The position numbers and the translations under genes are program-made. This document shows, one piece after another, positions 9,609-19,668 of a stretch of 64,000 nt of DNA. Each line of letters starts with the position of its first letter. The first letter of the stretch is position 1. This DNA is from an uncultured Bacteroidales bacterium (GTDB taxonomy: Bacteria > Bacteroidota > Bacteroidia > Bacteroidales > VadinHA17): assembly GCA_963719235.1 (NCBI GenBank), contig CAVRBS010000011.1, positions 6,275-70,274 on the forward strand, read 5' to 3'. The notes below the pieces were generated by a model, which had not been told where the DNA came from, did not search any database, and was given only the letters and a program-made list of their open reading frames with translations.

Positions 9609-10414
9609 TTATGTTTTTTGATGCCGTATCCATGTTTGTGTTCCGATAAAGTAATCGCCGCCAGGCACTGTCTTCACTATACCTTCATGGTATTGAATAA
9701 GCCCCTGTTCCTCATCATATATCCATAAAATGTCATTTACGTAATATGAAAAATGAAATCTCGAATGCGGATAAATAATATCTATTCCCCCGTCCTGGTA
9801 AATAAATATCGCCTTAAATGATTGAAAAACAATGCCGAAATTTGTTTTATATATCTTCCATATTTCATCAAAATCTCCAATCTTGCCCTTTATCAAACTG
9901 GCAAGAGAATAATATTGTAAAGTGCCTCTTTCATTTTCTTCATAATATCCAAAATCATTAAATGCTCCCACATAAATCCGGTCGCCTTCTGCGCATACAA
10001 CTCTGTTATTGGCATTTACTGATTGATATATTGTCCATGTGTTTCCATTGTATTCAATCATGCCACTGTTATTTGCGAAATACAACAGCCCATTTTCAGT
10101 TTCTGCGAACGACCAGGTCTGAATCCCCCCGAATATTCCGACTTCGAAAAACTGCGTATCCAGGGTATGCCATTGGATAGTGAAGAAGCGTGAAGATCCA
10201 GATTAATGACAGAAGCATACCATATGATCAGAAATATCCTGATTATTTTAATAATCATAAGATTCCATTTCAGGAGCTTCATAAGAGAGAGTCTTGAAAC
10301 AAAAGCCAGGTCACATTCCGGCTTAATATTATTGGTGAGAAATTGTCCTGCTTGACCACATTCACAGTTATCGCTCTTTGACGACAGCCTAAGATCAGGT
10401 ATTGTGTCTGACAT
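9609..10414 (-). pseudogene. Truncated remnant of a Y_Y_Y / two-component-regulator-propeller sensor (N-terminal ~260 aa only)
   Basis: Colinear with the N-terminus of 44443..47311 (KSEYSGG-IQTWSFAETENGLLYFANNSG vs KSEYNAGTQNWVISQDNNGFIYFANNDG). There is a frameshift in the C6 run at 10125-10130. No Y_Y_Y, TM or LuxR part follows. Confidence 0.65.
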
Positions 10415-10694
10415 AAAGGGATCTTTCTGTATTAAATAAAGATCAATTATGACTTCCTTGATATTTTTACAATCGCATAATTAAATAACTCCTTCATTTC
10501 AGGTATAGAAATCATTTAATTCATCGCTAAATTACATTGGAATTTGCAATTTCAGAAGTATTGTACCAAGAATAAATACCTTCTGGTATCTTTAAGACTG
10601 CAACGCTGGCAGCTTGCTGAGTAAAGCTATCCCTCCCCTGCAATCTGGCAGCTGCCTGTCCCGACATACCATGTCGGGACTTTACGGTCGTTCC

Positions 10695-10830
10695 CCTCAG
10701 GATGAAAGGGTCCGTCCTGACCGAGCGCAGCGAGCTTCAGGACAATACCGGTATTCCCATAAATGAGAGGGTCCATCTTGAAAGAGCATGGCGAGTGTCC
10801 GGATAATCCCGCCAAAAAAGCTCCCGGAGC
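10695..10830. repeat. REP-like intergenic repeat array, copy B
   Basis: Same family and orientation as 6088-6245. It is preceded by a perfect 10-bp hairpin GTCCCGACAT-acc-ATGTCGGGAC (10659-10681) and lies in the 3' flank of the minus-strand OMP gene. Confidence 0.8.
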
Positions 10831-10902
10831 TGATTTCCGGGGGACCGAACAAGTGATTGTTTTCTGTGGTGACTGATCCTTTGGACAATGCACCGTAATA
10901 TG

Positions 10903-11484
10903 TCAAAGCAAAATGAACCTGTAACCGATTGAAAACGCAACCGGGAGTAACCCGATGCCAAACTCCACTCCTTGATTTTGCTCTAAATCATCTATATAAT
11001 CCTTTGCTTCCGGGCTTCTTATTGGCACTAATAATGCGAATGACCAATAACCTCTTTTTTCAGGACGTGAACGATAATCGAATCCAATTCCAAATGAGGG
11101 TCCATAAAACAATTTGTTAAACTCCTCTGCACCCTGTACATATACAGCAGCATTATATCCATACATAGCTACAGCATATGGAGTAAATTTTGCTGATGGT
11201 TTTTTGGATACTAACCGAAACTTAGCCCCTGCATTAACCCCAAGACCAGAAATTGCATAGCCTGCACCGGCAAAAAGCCCGACACTTTTAACCGGATAAA
11301 ACAAAAAATTTGCCCCTAATCCGCCATAATCAAGACCTCCTCCGATGCCTATTGTTATTTTATCAGTATGAACTGGTGCATAGATGCTATCTTGCTGTAT
11401 TGGCACATAGGCGCCACCCTGTGCATTTATCTGAATTGCAGTGAAGAATAAACCCAGCAATAGATAAATTTTGTCCTTTTTCAT
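10903..11484 (-). CDS. Small outer-membrane beta-barrel (porin-family) protein
   Basis: Signal peptide MKKDKIYLLLGLFFTAIQINAQ. Gly/aromatic-rich alternating strands. Confidence 0.6.
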   Translation of the reverse strand: MKKDKIYLLLGLFFTAIQINAQGGAYVPIQQDSIYAPVHTDKITIGIGGGLDYGGLGANFLFYPVKSVGLFAGAGYAISGLGVNAGAKFRLVSKKPSAKFTPYAVAMYGYNAAVYVQGAEEFNKLFYGPSFGIGFDYRSRPEKRGYWSFALLVPIRSPEAKDYIDDLEQNQGVEFGIGLLPVAFSIGYRFILL

Positions 11485-11741
11485 ATTTTAAGATTTTAGT
11501 AAATAATTAAGGTTTTTTGCTTTAATATTTCTTATTTGATTTTATAAATACCCTTCACTAAAAGTTTATCAAACATATCCTTACACGAAGTTCGGATACC
11601 ATGGCAGGGATGGCAAAATTATTCGTCAAAAAAAATAATAGTTTGGTCACAAATTATGAAGCCCCATACAGTAAGACATCAGATTGGATGAACAAATAGG
11701 CTGCCCACGGAGCTGAGTTACGAAAGCTGACATCGGGTTAT

Positions 11742-12230
11742 TTAGAATTTATAGCCAAATCTTACTGCACCCCAGGGAAAGAATTCACAGCCTGTCTTTA
11801 TTCTGCCCAGCAATGGCGTAAACGCTATGCCAACATAGAACCTGTCTTTTATTATAGAGTATTTATATCCGACTTGAGCAAAGATTGCAATGTCAAGAGG
11901 AATTTCAGATTCCAGTTCAGAGCCTCCGTCGCCCAATATGGTAAATCCCATGCCCCCCTCGATTGAATGTTTTCCAAATTGATAAAATAATTTGGCTTGG
12001 ACAGGTACTAATAATGTTCCCTGACCAATTATGACCAATGGGGAGAAACCAATCCCTATGTTAATACCAATAGTATCACTTAAATAAAAACTTCTGTCAT
12101 AGTTCAGCGACATTACTTCAGCCATTCCACCTAACTCAAGAAATACACTGTTTTTTGGCTTGTCATTTTGTCCATTAGCCTGTAATGATATTAAAATCAA
12201 AATAATGGGACTTATCAGTATTCTTTTCAT
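11742..12230 (-). CDS. Small outer-membrane beta-barrel protein
   Basis: Signal peptide MKRILISPIILILISLQANGQ (the ORF extends to 12251). Alternating-strand pattern and a C-terminal ...RFGYKF beta-signal. Confidence 0.6.
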   Translation of the reverse strand: MKRILISPIILILISLQANGQNDKPKNSVFLELGGMAEVMSLNYDRSFYLSDTIGINIGIGFSPLVIIGQGTLLVPVQAKLFYQFGKHSIEGGMGFTILGDGGSELESEIPLDIAIFAQVGYKYSIIKDRFYVGIAFTPLLGRIKTGCEFFPWGAVRFGYKF

Positions 12231-12311
12231 AGATTGAAGGTGATTAGTCAATCAAAGTCAGGGCAGCGAAAAGCTGAAGTCAGGTTAGACCTCCTAATAG
12301 GTTAAACTATT

Positions 12312-13593
12312 TTATTTACTGGAAAGGACATTATTTATCAGGTAAGGTTCTTCTGAAAACTGAGATGATCGGTTAAATGTTTTTTCGCCTTTCCCTGAAA
12401 ACTGGCCTGTCTCGAGGTATTGAATTGCCTCTTTAAGGCACTCTTCCTGCCTGTCATCAAATTCGCGTGTTATGTCGTCAATTTCCCTTTTATCAGGAGG
12501 GAACCCATCGTAAAAATCCTGATCGAGGGAGTTTACTGTTTTGGCTGTAACCAGCAAGAAATAGTACTTTTTAAGACATGGCCATCCATTCATAATTTCA
12601 GGAGCACCCTGAGTTGTATCACCCACGCTGACGATGTTTATATTTGGTGATAGTCCGTTTATTACCACTTCACTCGCACCTGATGTTGAACGGGAAGTAA
12701 TAACCACCAGCTTTGATACTGCCAGTGGATAATCTGTGTCCGCAAATAGCATTGTCTTGTTTAAATTCTGGTTCTTATTATTGTAGATTAGTTTTGCGTA
12801 GACCGAACCGGTCGCACTGGTGCCGGCAATATAGCTGGAAAGTTCCTTTCCAACCGAAATCAAGCCACCATTGTTATATCTGAGATCCAGAATAAAGTCA
12901 GTAACATTGTTTGCCTTAAAGAATTGAAAAGCTGCTTTCAATTCATTCGATGTATTTCCTATAAAAGAAGAGAGAACCAGGTGACCTGCAACTGATCCTT
13001 TTGAAAGGTGTAAGGTATCGAAGAGAAGAACAGTGTTGACTGTAAACGCTCTCTTTGTTGATGAGATTGATATATCTGCCTGCCCGGGGGGTGAAAAAAG
13101 AAAAACATTAGTCACACCTTCCGTCGCGGGTCCAAGTACCTCGGCAAGCTTTTTACTGTCATTCCGAAACAGGATATCTGCAATATCCTGTCCGTTAATA
13201 GTTTTTATTATCCAGCCTCTGCGCACACCTGCGTCATACAATGGAGAATTCTTATAAATCATTGCTATCCTGGCTTTATTGGATTCATCAAGTGCCATTC
13301 GTATCCCATGTGTCACGGAAGTCCCCTGATTTTGCGCCATGTAGGTGTCGTAGTCAATCACGTAACTGGTCTGCCTGTCGAGTTCTTTATACCTCAATGC
13401 CTCAAGCAATTCATAGCGGATCAGAATAGTCTTCTTTATCAATCGATGGCATCTTGTCATACCAGTAATACCACTGGTTCATTAACTGGTAAAGCGTATC
13501 GCGCGCCATGGTGTCCGGTGTCGGTTCAGGCTCTTTCTTACATGACATGAGTATGGACAAACATGCCGCAAGTAGAAACAGGATATTTTTCAT
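12312..13593 (-). CDS. S41-family (C-terminal processing) peptidase lipoprotein; one frameshift
   Basis: Lipobox LSILMSC in ORF 13411..13593. S41 core DLRYNNGG ... TSRSTSGASE in ORF 12312..13460. Frame switch near 13420 (DYSDP / YELLEALRY). Confidence 0.75.
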
Positions 13594-13761
13594 GGTTTCG
13601 GATGATTTTTTGGTTTTATATCAGGTTCAACAGGATCACAGTAATTATTCATATAATTCAAAAAATGATATATCGCGATCGGCTGCAGCTGCATGATATT
13701 TTCAAATAATTGAATATCAATGAAATGTTGCTTACGATACTTCATTTGTTCAAACCTTTAT

Positions 13762-14817
13762 TTATTCAATTCCGTACTCATCAGTTAAATACTCAAGAGC
13801 CTTTTCAAAAACCAGATCGATGTCAGATTGTATATTGTAAGCGGAGTTTCTTATTTGCATATCCGGGGCATGTCCTTTTCCGTCCAGACTTCTGCCATCA
13901 GGCAGCAGGGTCATCATTATAGAATATTGATATTGCCATCCGTTTGATAAAAACCTTCTCATTCCTACAGGAGAAAAATCACCTGCAGTGGTATCCCCGA
14001 TCTGGGTGACCTGGCTAAATGCTTTCAGATGAAGCAATAATATTTCTGCAGAACTCATTGTAATTCTATCCGTTAACACTATCAGGGGACTATAAAAGTG
14101 TTCACTTCCGCTGACGTGAGTGTAATAATTCTTCTTTTCTGCAAAATCGGCATGCTCCGGTCCGTTTCTTTCCTGTCTGGTGTAAATGAAATGTTCGCCA
14201 TCTGCAAATCGACCTGCTATTGCTTCGGCAATCTGACCACTGCCTCCCCAGTTGTTTCTGAGATCCAGAATTATGGCTTTATGATTTCCTATCTGCCTGA
14301 GAACATAATCCATAAAATCCAGGTCATCTGCCTCCATTCTGTTTAAATATACATAACCAATATCCCTGCTTTTAACCTTGCCGTATATGTATTCATCATC
14401 GTCATTTGAATCTGTATTGGGAATGTTTTCCCAGGTATCAAGATACTTTCCCTTTACCAAGCCTAAACTGAATTCCGCTTTTACAAAACTGTTGTCCTCT
14501 GAACCCGATCTAAAAAACCAGTCCTTTGAAGGATTATCAATAAAAGTATGGCTGTCATCAAGATAGGAAATCATTTTCCTGAAGACAATCCAGAGTTCTT
14601 TTTCGGTAGTTTGCGTGGTTACCTGCGGTTGATAAATATTGTAGATGCTATCCCAATCCCATCCTCTCGCCTGAAAAAGTCCATAATGCTGATCAAAATC
14701 ATGCCAGAAAAGTTCGAAGTTGTTCACGGGATCGTTGGTTTGATCTTCACCTAAAAAAAGCTTTTCACACCCCGGGAGGGTTACCAGTAATATCAGTATT
14801 ATTGAGATTCTTCCCAT
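13762..14817 (-). CDS. S41-family peptidase lipoprotein
   Basis: Lipobox LVTLPGC. S41 core ILDLRNNWGGSG ... LTDRITMSSAE. Confidence 0.75.
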   Translation of the reverse strand: MGRISIILILLVTLPGCEKLFLGEDQTNDPVNNFELFWHDFDQHYGLFQARGWDWDSIYNIYQPQVTTQTTEKELWIVFRKMISYLDDSHTFIDNPSKDWFFRSGSEDNSFVKAEFSLGLVKGKYLDTWENIPNTDSNDDDEYIYGKVKSRDIGYVYLNRMEADDLDFMDYVLRQIGNHKAIILDLRNNWGGSGQIAEAIAGRFADGEHFIYTRQERNGPEHADFAEKKNYYTHVSGSEHFYSPLIVLTDRITMSSAEILLLHLKAFSQVTQIGDTTAGDFSPVGMRRFLSNGWQYQYSIMMTLLPDGRSLDGKGHAPDMQIRNSAYNIQSDIDLVFEKALEYLTDEYGIE

Positions 14818-14821
14818 TAGT

Positions 14822-15610
14822 TTAAAAACTGAAGCGTGTTCCGGCGGTGAATTGATTGGATGGGATGATTGCCGTTTTTAACTCATCCGTTCTGTAATAC
14901 CTGAACTGATATTCTGCGGTTAAACTCCATCTCGGGGTTATAGCAAACTGATACTGAATATTCCAGTTAAAAGCAAAGAATTCATTGAGTGAAGTCCATT
15001 TCCCTCTGAAGAACAAAGGAAGACGATTGTCTTCGTGCTCGGTAATATATATGTCCCAGCCGATCCAGGGAGGCCTTATCAATAGTCCAAAAACGGGTAA
15101 AGAGATTGTGCTGCTTAATTCATGTTTTGAGGAGATATCCCAGGAGATGCTGCCTGAGAGGTCTAAACTGTGCAGTCCGTAAAAGGTAATAGCCAATTCA
15201 TCGTCATAGAATATAATATCGAAGTAAGCATGATACTGTCCGCCAAGCCAGAGTTTAAGTTCAGAAGCATTAACGGGTATATTTCCCAAAAATCCCAGTT
15301 CCAGGTTAACATTATAATGGTCGGAAGAATTATATTCAGAAACAGCTGTATTCAATTCGCCAAGTTGAATGTTCGATGAAAAGAAAAGGCGATTATCATT
15401 CTTAAGATATCTCTGGTAGCCTAAACTTATTGCTAATCCACTGTTGGAATAATTCAGCGGCGAAAAGTTCAAATCTTTAAAATATCCACTCTCCAGACCA
15501 AACTGCAAATGAAGTATGTTTTTTCTGATTACTTCATCTTTATAATCCTGTGCCGGCAGTGTTAAGATGCTTAAAAGTAAAAGTGTACTCGTTAATGTTA
15601 AATTTTTCAT
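14822..15610 (-). CDS. Hypothetical outer-membrane beta-barrel protein
   Basis: Probable start MKNLTLTSTLLLLSILTLPAQ (the ORF extends to 15745). Alternating aromatic strands and a C-terminal ...GTRFSF. Confidence 0.5.
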   Translation of the reverse strand: MKNLTLTSTLLLLSILTLPAQDYKDEVIRKNILHLQFGLESGYFKDLNFSPLNYSNSGLAISLGYQRYLKNDNRLFFSSNIQLGELNTAVSEYNSSDHYNVNLELGFLGNIPVNASELKLWLGGQYHAYFDIIFYDDELAITFYGLHSLDLSGSISWDISSKHELSSTISLPVFGLLIRPPWIGWDIYITEHEDNRLPLFFRGKWTSLNEFFAFNWNIQYQFAITPRWSLTAEYQFRYYRTDELKTAIIPSNQFTAGTRFSF

Positions 15611-15676
15611 TCCGTTATTTATTATTGAGTACTTTTCGATAGTTATTCCAAAGTTACAACAGCAAAAAATAAAAGT

Positions 15677-15769
15677 CAAGTTCGACATTTCTCGGGAAAC
15701 AAATTGTTCTGTGCGTACCAAAAATTGTTCTCTGTGTGCCAACATGGGGAGTTTGTAATAAAAGAAAAG
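15677..15769. promoter_or_regulatory. Conserved 93-nt intergenic element, copy X, containing two tandem 21-mers (15701-15721, 15722-15742)
   Basis: Gapless alignment to 18094-18186 gives 69/93 identical by hand count. The 21-mers are aaattgttctgtgcgtaccaa and aaattgttctctgtgtgccaa. It lies upstream of the minus-strand barrel gene. Confidence 0.55.
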
Positions 15770-15936
15770 TCAGCTCCCCTGGTAAGATTCCTAAATATCA
15801 CTTGTTTGGTTCATCATCAGGGATAACCTGTTCATCATTCAAAAAATCACGCTAATAAAAAGCTTATTGGTTGATATTTAATTATTTATAACATTTGGTA
15901 TCCTTTATATTCACAAGTCTCATTAAACTTAAGCTT

Positions 15937-16170
15937 ATGAAAGCATTTAAGTTGATAGGATGGATTGCCCTGGGATTGGGTGTATTATTGCTCATCTTAG
16001 GCGAGTTTATGGCAGTATATGGAAAGGCTCTTGGCAATTTTCTTTCAAGTGCCACAGATTTCTTCCTTATAGTAATGGTTTCGTTCATTGTAACATCTAC
16101 AATACTCATTTGCCTTTTGAATTGTATTGGTGAAAAGGAACAAACCCACATCGAAAAGGGGAAGCAATAG
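15937..16170 (+). CDS. Small membrane protein (two predicted TM helices)
   Basis: MKAFKLIGWIALGLGVLLLILGEF... and FFLIVMVSFIVTSTILICLL hydrophobic segments. No recognisable family. Confidence 0.4.
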   Translation: MKAFKLIGWIALGLGVLLLILGEFMAVYGKALGNFLSSATDFFLIVMVSFIVTSTILICLLNCIGEKEQTHIEKGKQ

Positions 16171-16300
16171 ACCCCCATCAGGTTATAAAATTTTCCCGAC
16201 TGAATTTCTTAAAGTCAATTTTTTACACATCTTTGCAGGTTTCAGGTCAGAATTAGCCTCGGCTACTAACCGGAATAACTTCAATCGGGATAACCATCTT

Positions 16301-16894
16301 ATGACAAAAAATGAATTCTGGACCATACCGAATGTGATCACCTCCTACCGGCTGTTCATGGCCCCGGTAATTCTATATTTCATCATTTCAGGACAGGAGA
16401 GTCTGTTTGCCATTTTCCTGGTAATCAATCTTCTGACCGATGCCGTCGACGGCTATATTGCCAGGAGATTCAAGATGGAGACAGAGCTAGGGGCCAGGCT
16501 TGATGCATTTGCTGATTATTTTACCTACCTGCTGGTATTCATAGGTGTCTTCGTTTTTAAAATGGACGACCTAAGGCCGTATCTTGTCAGCGTCGTCATT
16601 TTCATCAGCATGCTGGTGCTTACTGTTATTGTTTCCCTGATAAAATTCAGGAAGTTTCACAGTTACCACACCATAATAGAAAAGAGCGGCGGATATGTTC
16701 AGGCTGCATTTTTTATCGGCCTTTTTACAATAGGATTGATTGCCCCGCTTTATTACTTCATGATAGTACTGGGCATTCTGGGCGCTATTGAGACAATTGC
16801 CATAGACATTTTAATACCTGAAATGCGATCAGACATTTTAGGACTTTACTGGGTGCTTAAAGAGAGAAAAGCCGGGAAGAAACAATCAGAGTGA
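16301..16894 (+). CDS. CDP-alcohol phosphatidyltransferase-family protein
   Basis: The complete signature DG-x2-AR-x8-G-x3-D-x3-D is present in DAVDGYIARRFKMETELGARLDAFAD. Start taken at MTKNEFW (the ORF opens at 16127). Confidence 0.75.
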   Translation: MTKNEFWTIPNVITSYRLFMAPVILYFIISGQESLFAIFLVINLLTDAVDGYIARRFKMETELGARLDAFADYFTYLLVFIGVFVFKMDDLRPYLVSVVIFISMLVLTVIVSLIKFRKFHSYHTIIEKSGGYVQAAFFIGLFTIGLIAPLYYFMIVLGILGAIETIAIDILIPEMRSDILGLYWVLKERKAGKKQSE

Positions 16895-16898
16895 TCTT

Positions 16899-18005
16899 TC
16901 ACTCCTGATTAAAATCAGTGAGATCAGATCCTTTTCTACGGTAGGCTTTGCTGCCCGCGTGGTCACCGTAAAATTCACTTATACGGCTGAGTCCGAAATA
17001 GCCATAAGCACAAAATTCCTTATTGTAATCACCAAAGAGTGACCCAAAACTAATTCCATCTTCATAGAATTGTTTTGCGAGAGTATAATTTTTGTATTTC
17101 TTTTCCTGGATAATGCCGTTAAATATCAGTATCTGTGCGTCGTATAAGGCATTGCCTTTCACTTCCAGGGAGTCTTTAATAATAAATTCAGCCAGGTCAA
17201 ATTCATTCAGAAAAAGAAGGTTCTTAATATGGTCTGATTTAAACAAAGGATTCTCCGGATACTGGTCGGTCAATATTTTGCTGAACAGTGATGCCTGTAA
17301 GTGATTATTTTCAAATCCTGAATATATCGATATGAGCCTTGAAGAAGATTCAACTTTTACGAAAATTGACTGGTCTGCTGCCGTAGCCAATTCATGTAGC
17401 CCTTTTATCCTGTCCCCGGCGGGAAACAGAGCTGCAAGAGGCTTGTAAACAGGATGCACTCTGGGATATGCTTCCCAGTAATAATTATAGGTTCCGGTGA
17501 AAAAATAAAAATCAGCAAAAACCGATACAAAATCAAACGATCTTTTTAAGTACTTGTATGTTGCGGCAGTCAAAGGGATGACATTCATACTAAGATTATT
17601 ATTGGTATAATAGGTCAGCAGCAACCCTCTTGCACACAAATTTGTCAGCAGACTCTCCGCTTTATAGTTTTCTGAATAAGGTTTTTGAGCGCTCAGTTCA
17701 ATGCATTTGTGTAAATCATCTTCAAAAAGGGTATGTGAAGGAGAGGTTGGTAGAAGCGGATAATCTTCATAATATCTCATAATTCCCCTTAAAAGGTAAT
17801 TTACAGGATGACCCGGGTATAATTGTTCGATCCCGATAAATATATCATCAGCCTTTTCGTATTCCAGGTTGTACATATTGCTGATGCCCTCTTTAATCAT
17901 TGATACTGCCAGGCTGTCATGCAGTATCTGGGCACTGATGCCAGATGTGCCAATGACTATCGCAAGTAATGTGGAACTGATCTTATACTTTAGCAGCCTT
18001 ATCAT
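16899..18005 (-). CDS. Hypothetical secreted protein (helical/TPR-like appearance)
   Basis: Probable signal peptide MIRLLKYKISSTLLAIVIGTSGISAQ (the ORF extends to 18068). No diagnostic motif recognised. Confidence 0.4.
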   Translation of the reverse strand: MIRLLKYKISSTLLAIVIGTSGISAQILHDSLAVSMIKEGISNMYNLEYEKADDIFIGIEQLYPGHPVNYLLRGIMRYYEDYPLLPTSPSHTLFEDDLHKCIELSAQKPYSENYKAESLLTNLCARGLLLTYYTNNNLSMNVIPLTAATYKYLKRSFDFVSVFADFYFFTGTYNYYWEAYPRVHPVYKPLAALFPAGDRIKGLHELATAADQSIFVKVESSSRLISIYSGFENNHLQASLFSKILTDQYPENPLFKSDHIKNLLFLNEFDLAEFIIKDSLEVKGNALYDAQILIFNGIIQEKKYKNYTLAKQFYEDGISFGSLFGDYNKEFCAYGYFGLSRISEFYGDHAGSKAYRRKGSDLTDFNQE

Positions 18006-18093
18006 CACCGGAAAGGTAGTCAATAGGGTCAGGCAAAAGTAACTACCGGTATTTAACCATTTTATCAAAGCTACACAAATAAAAAGCCGAAGG

Positions 18094-18186
18094 CAAGTTC
18101 AACTATTTTTATCAGACAAACTTTGCTATGTGTCCCAAAGATTGTTCTCAGTGTGCCAAAATGCGGGATTTGTGACAAATGAAAAG
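18094..18186. promoter_or_regulatory. Conserved 93-nt intergenic element, copy Y, containing two tandem 21-mers (18118-18138, 18139-18159)
   Basis: See copy X. It has the same orientation, lies upstream of minus-strand gene 16899..18005, and is followed by the hairpin GGAAGCC...GGCTTCC. Confidence 0.55.
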
Positions 18187-18234
18187 GAAGCCTGTGGCTT
18201 GGCTTCCCTGTCAGAATTCAAAAAGAATGAATAT

Positions 18235-18840
18235 CTACTGCCCCTTCAGCTTCTGTATTGCGCGAAAATTATCCATTTCCAATTTTTCACGGGCGAGCCT
18301 TGAAGTCTGTTTGTAGGCGGCAAATTCATCTTTAAGCTCTTTCAGGTCTTTTTCTGTTCTGAGGAGTACTGTAAGATTTCTTTTAAAAACAAGAAATCCC
18401 AAAGCCAGGAGCAATGCTAATCCTCCAACAACTGTCCACATAATGGTGTTATAAGCTCCCTTTTTTATTTCCACACCCAATACTCTTATATTGTTTTTTG
18501 TAGTGGTAACTTCCTCGAGGTTTATTCTGGTAGTGTTAAGCAAAACATTAAGGGAATCGGTTTTGCCGTTTAAACTGGCAGTAAGGTTTTCCAGGCCTTT
18601 GATCCGGCTTTTTTCCGCTAAAAGGGTATCAATGAAATTTCTGTTGATTTTCTGGAACATGTCTTCCCTTATCGCCCGGTAGCCCTCGTATATCCTGGTA
18701 TGTTTCTCCAGATAATTAATCTGCTCCTGGATTGTGTTGCTGGAAAGCTCTGCTGGCATTGCCGTCTGTCCGATGGCTCTGGCGACTGTAAAAAAGATTA
18801 CAGTAAATACCAGTACATGTTTGAAGTTTATACGTTTCAT
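18235..18840 (-). CDS. Hypothetical coiled-coil protein with a signal peptide and a C-proximal TM helix
   Basis: MKRINFKHVLVFTVIFFTVARAIGQ signal (the ORF extends to 19029), heptad-like central region, and TM segment IMWTVVGGLALLLALGFLVF. Confidence 0.4.
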   Translation of the reverse strand: MKRINFKHVLVFTVIFFTVARAIGQTAMPAELSSNTIQEQINYLEKHTRIYEGYRAIREDMFQKINRNFIDTLLAEKSRIKGLENLTASLNGKTDSLNVLLNTTRINLEEVTTTKNNIRVLGVEIKKGAYNTIMWTVVGGLALLLALGFLVFKRNLTVLLRTEKDLKELKDEFAAYKQTSRLAREKLEMDNFRAIQKLKGQ

Positions 18841-19082
18841 TTTCCCCCGGTTTAGATTTCTGATAAGCACAGGTATATAATGATTAACGTACAGGTGAGT
18901 AAAAAATTTTATAATCAGCCAAAATGCGTTGAAAAGGAGGTGATGCTCTTCATTTACAAAAGAAAACATAAAAGAAAAAGCCCCGGTAGCTGACTTCCGA
19001 GATAAGTCTTGATGGCAATCTCCATCCAATAATTCTTCATCCGGATTTGACCTTGAAACATTATTGTTTTAAGTTTGCAGTG

Positions 19083-19268
19083 ATGAAAAGGCTACTCCTT
19101 TTTTTGCTTCTGGTCATTCTGCTGAGTGCCTGCAACAAGGCTGTCTGTCCGGCATACAATGACTCTGTCAATAATATGGCCAACACGCTCACCCAGAAAG
19201 GCAATTACAGGGCTAACGGTATAAACAGGGTCTACCGTGATTCTCCCCAGAAGAAATTCAGGAAGTGA
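19083..19268 (+). CDS. Small lipoprotein
   Basis: MKRLLLFLLLVILLSAC lipobox. 61 aa. Confidence 0.45.
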   Translation: MKRLLLFLLLVILLSACNKAVCPAYNDSVNNMANTLTQKGNYRANGINRVYRDSPQKKFRK

Positions 19269-19668
19269 ATCTCTTTCATCTGTACATGTGATTTATTATA
19301 TGATGAAAAAGGGCCATCTGCTTGGACGACCCTTTTCCTCTGATCTGATGTTAACCTAAACTCTTATCTCTGACTCCGCTCATCCCTGTTGGTTAATATT
19401 TAATTTAACTGGAATAATTTGCCATAACCCACACGGCCTTCTTTAAGAAGGATATCATGTGGCGACAGTATTTGCATTTCTCTTTTAATCTGAAAAATAG
19501 ATATACTGGTATGTAAATCCTTTTTCACGCAACCACCAGCGAAGGGCTTTTGCGATTTTTCGTTTTTTGAGCCGAACCGTTCCACATTCTTCTGATTTTA
19601 TCTGATATATTGTTCTCATTGCATGCTCTTTATTGTAGGCTCTCATAATTTATTATGCGGCTTATCAG

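Noticed and set aside
15701-15742. A sigma-54 promoter suggested by TTGGCAC on the minus strand of the 21-mers.
   Set aside because: The -12 element (TTGC, five nucleotides after TGGCAC) is absent. The sequence continues ACAGAGAACAAT instead, and the motif is duplicated with a 21-bp period, which fits a transcription-factor site better.
19400-19646. A possible ~80-aa small protein downstream of 19669..20265. It would comprise MRAYNKEHAMRTIYQIKSEECGTVRLKKRKIAKALRWWLREKGFTYQ... continuing in another frame as ORF 19400..19585.
   Set aside because: It needs an assumed frameshift. It has no recognisable family and no independent support, so it is not reported as a feature.
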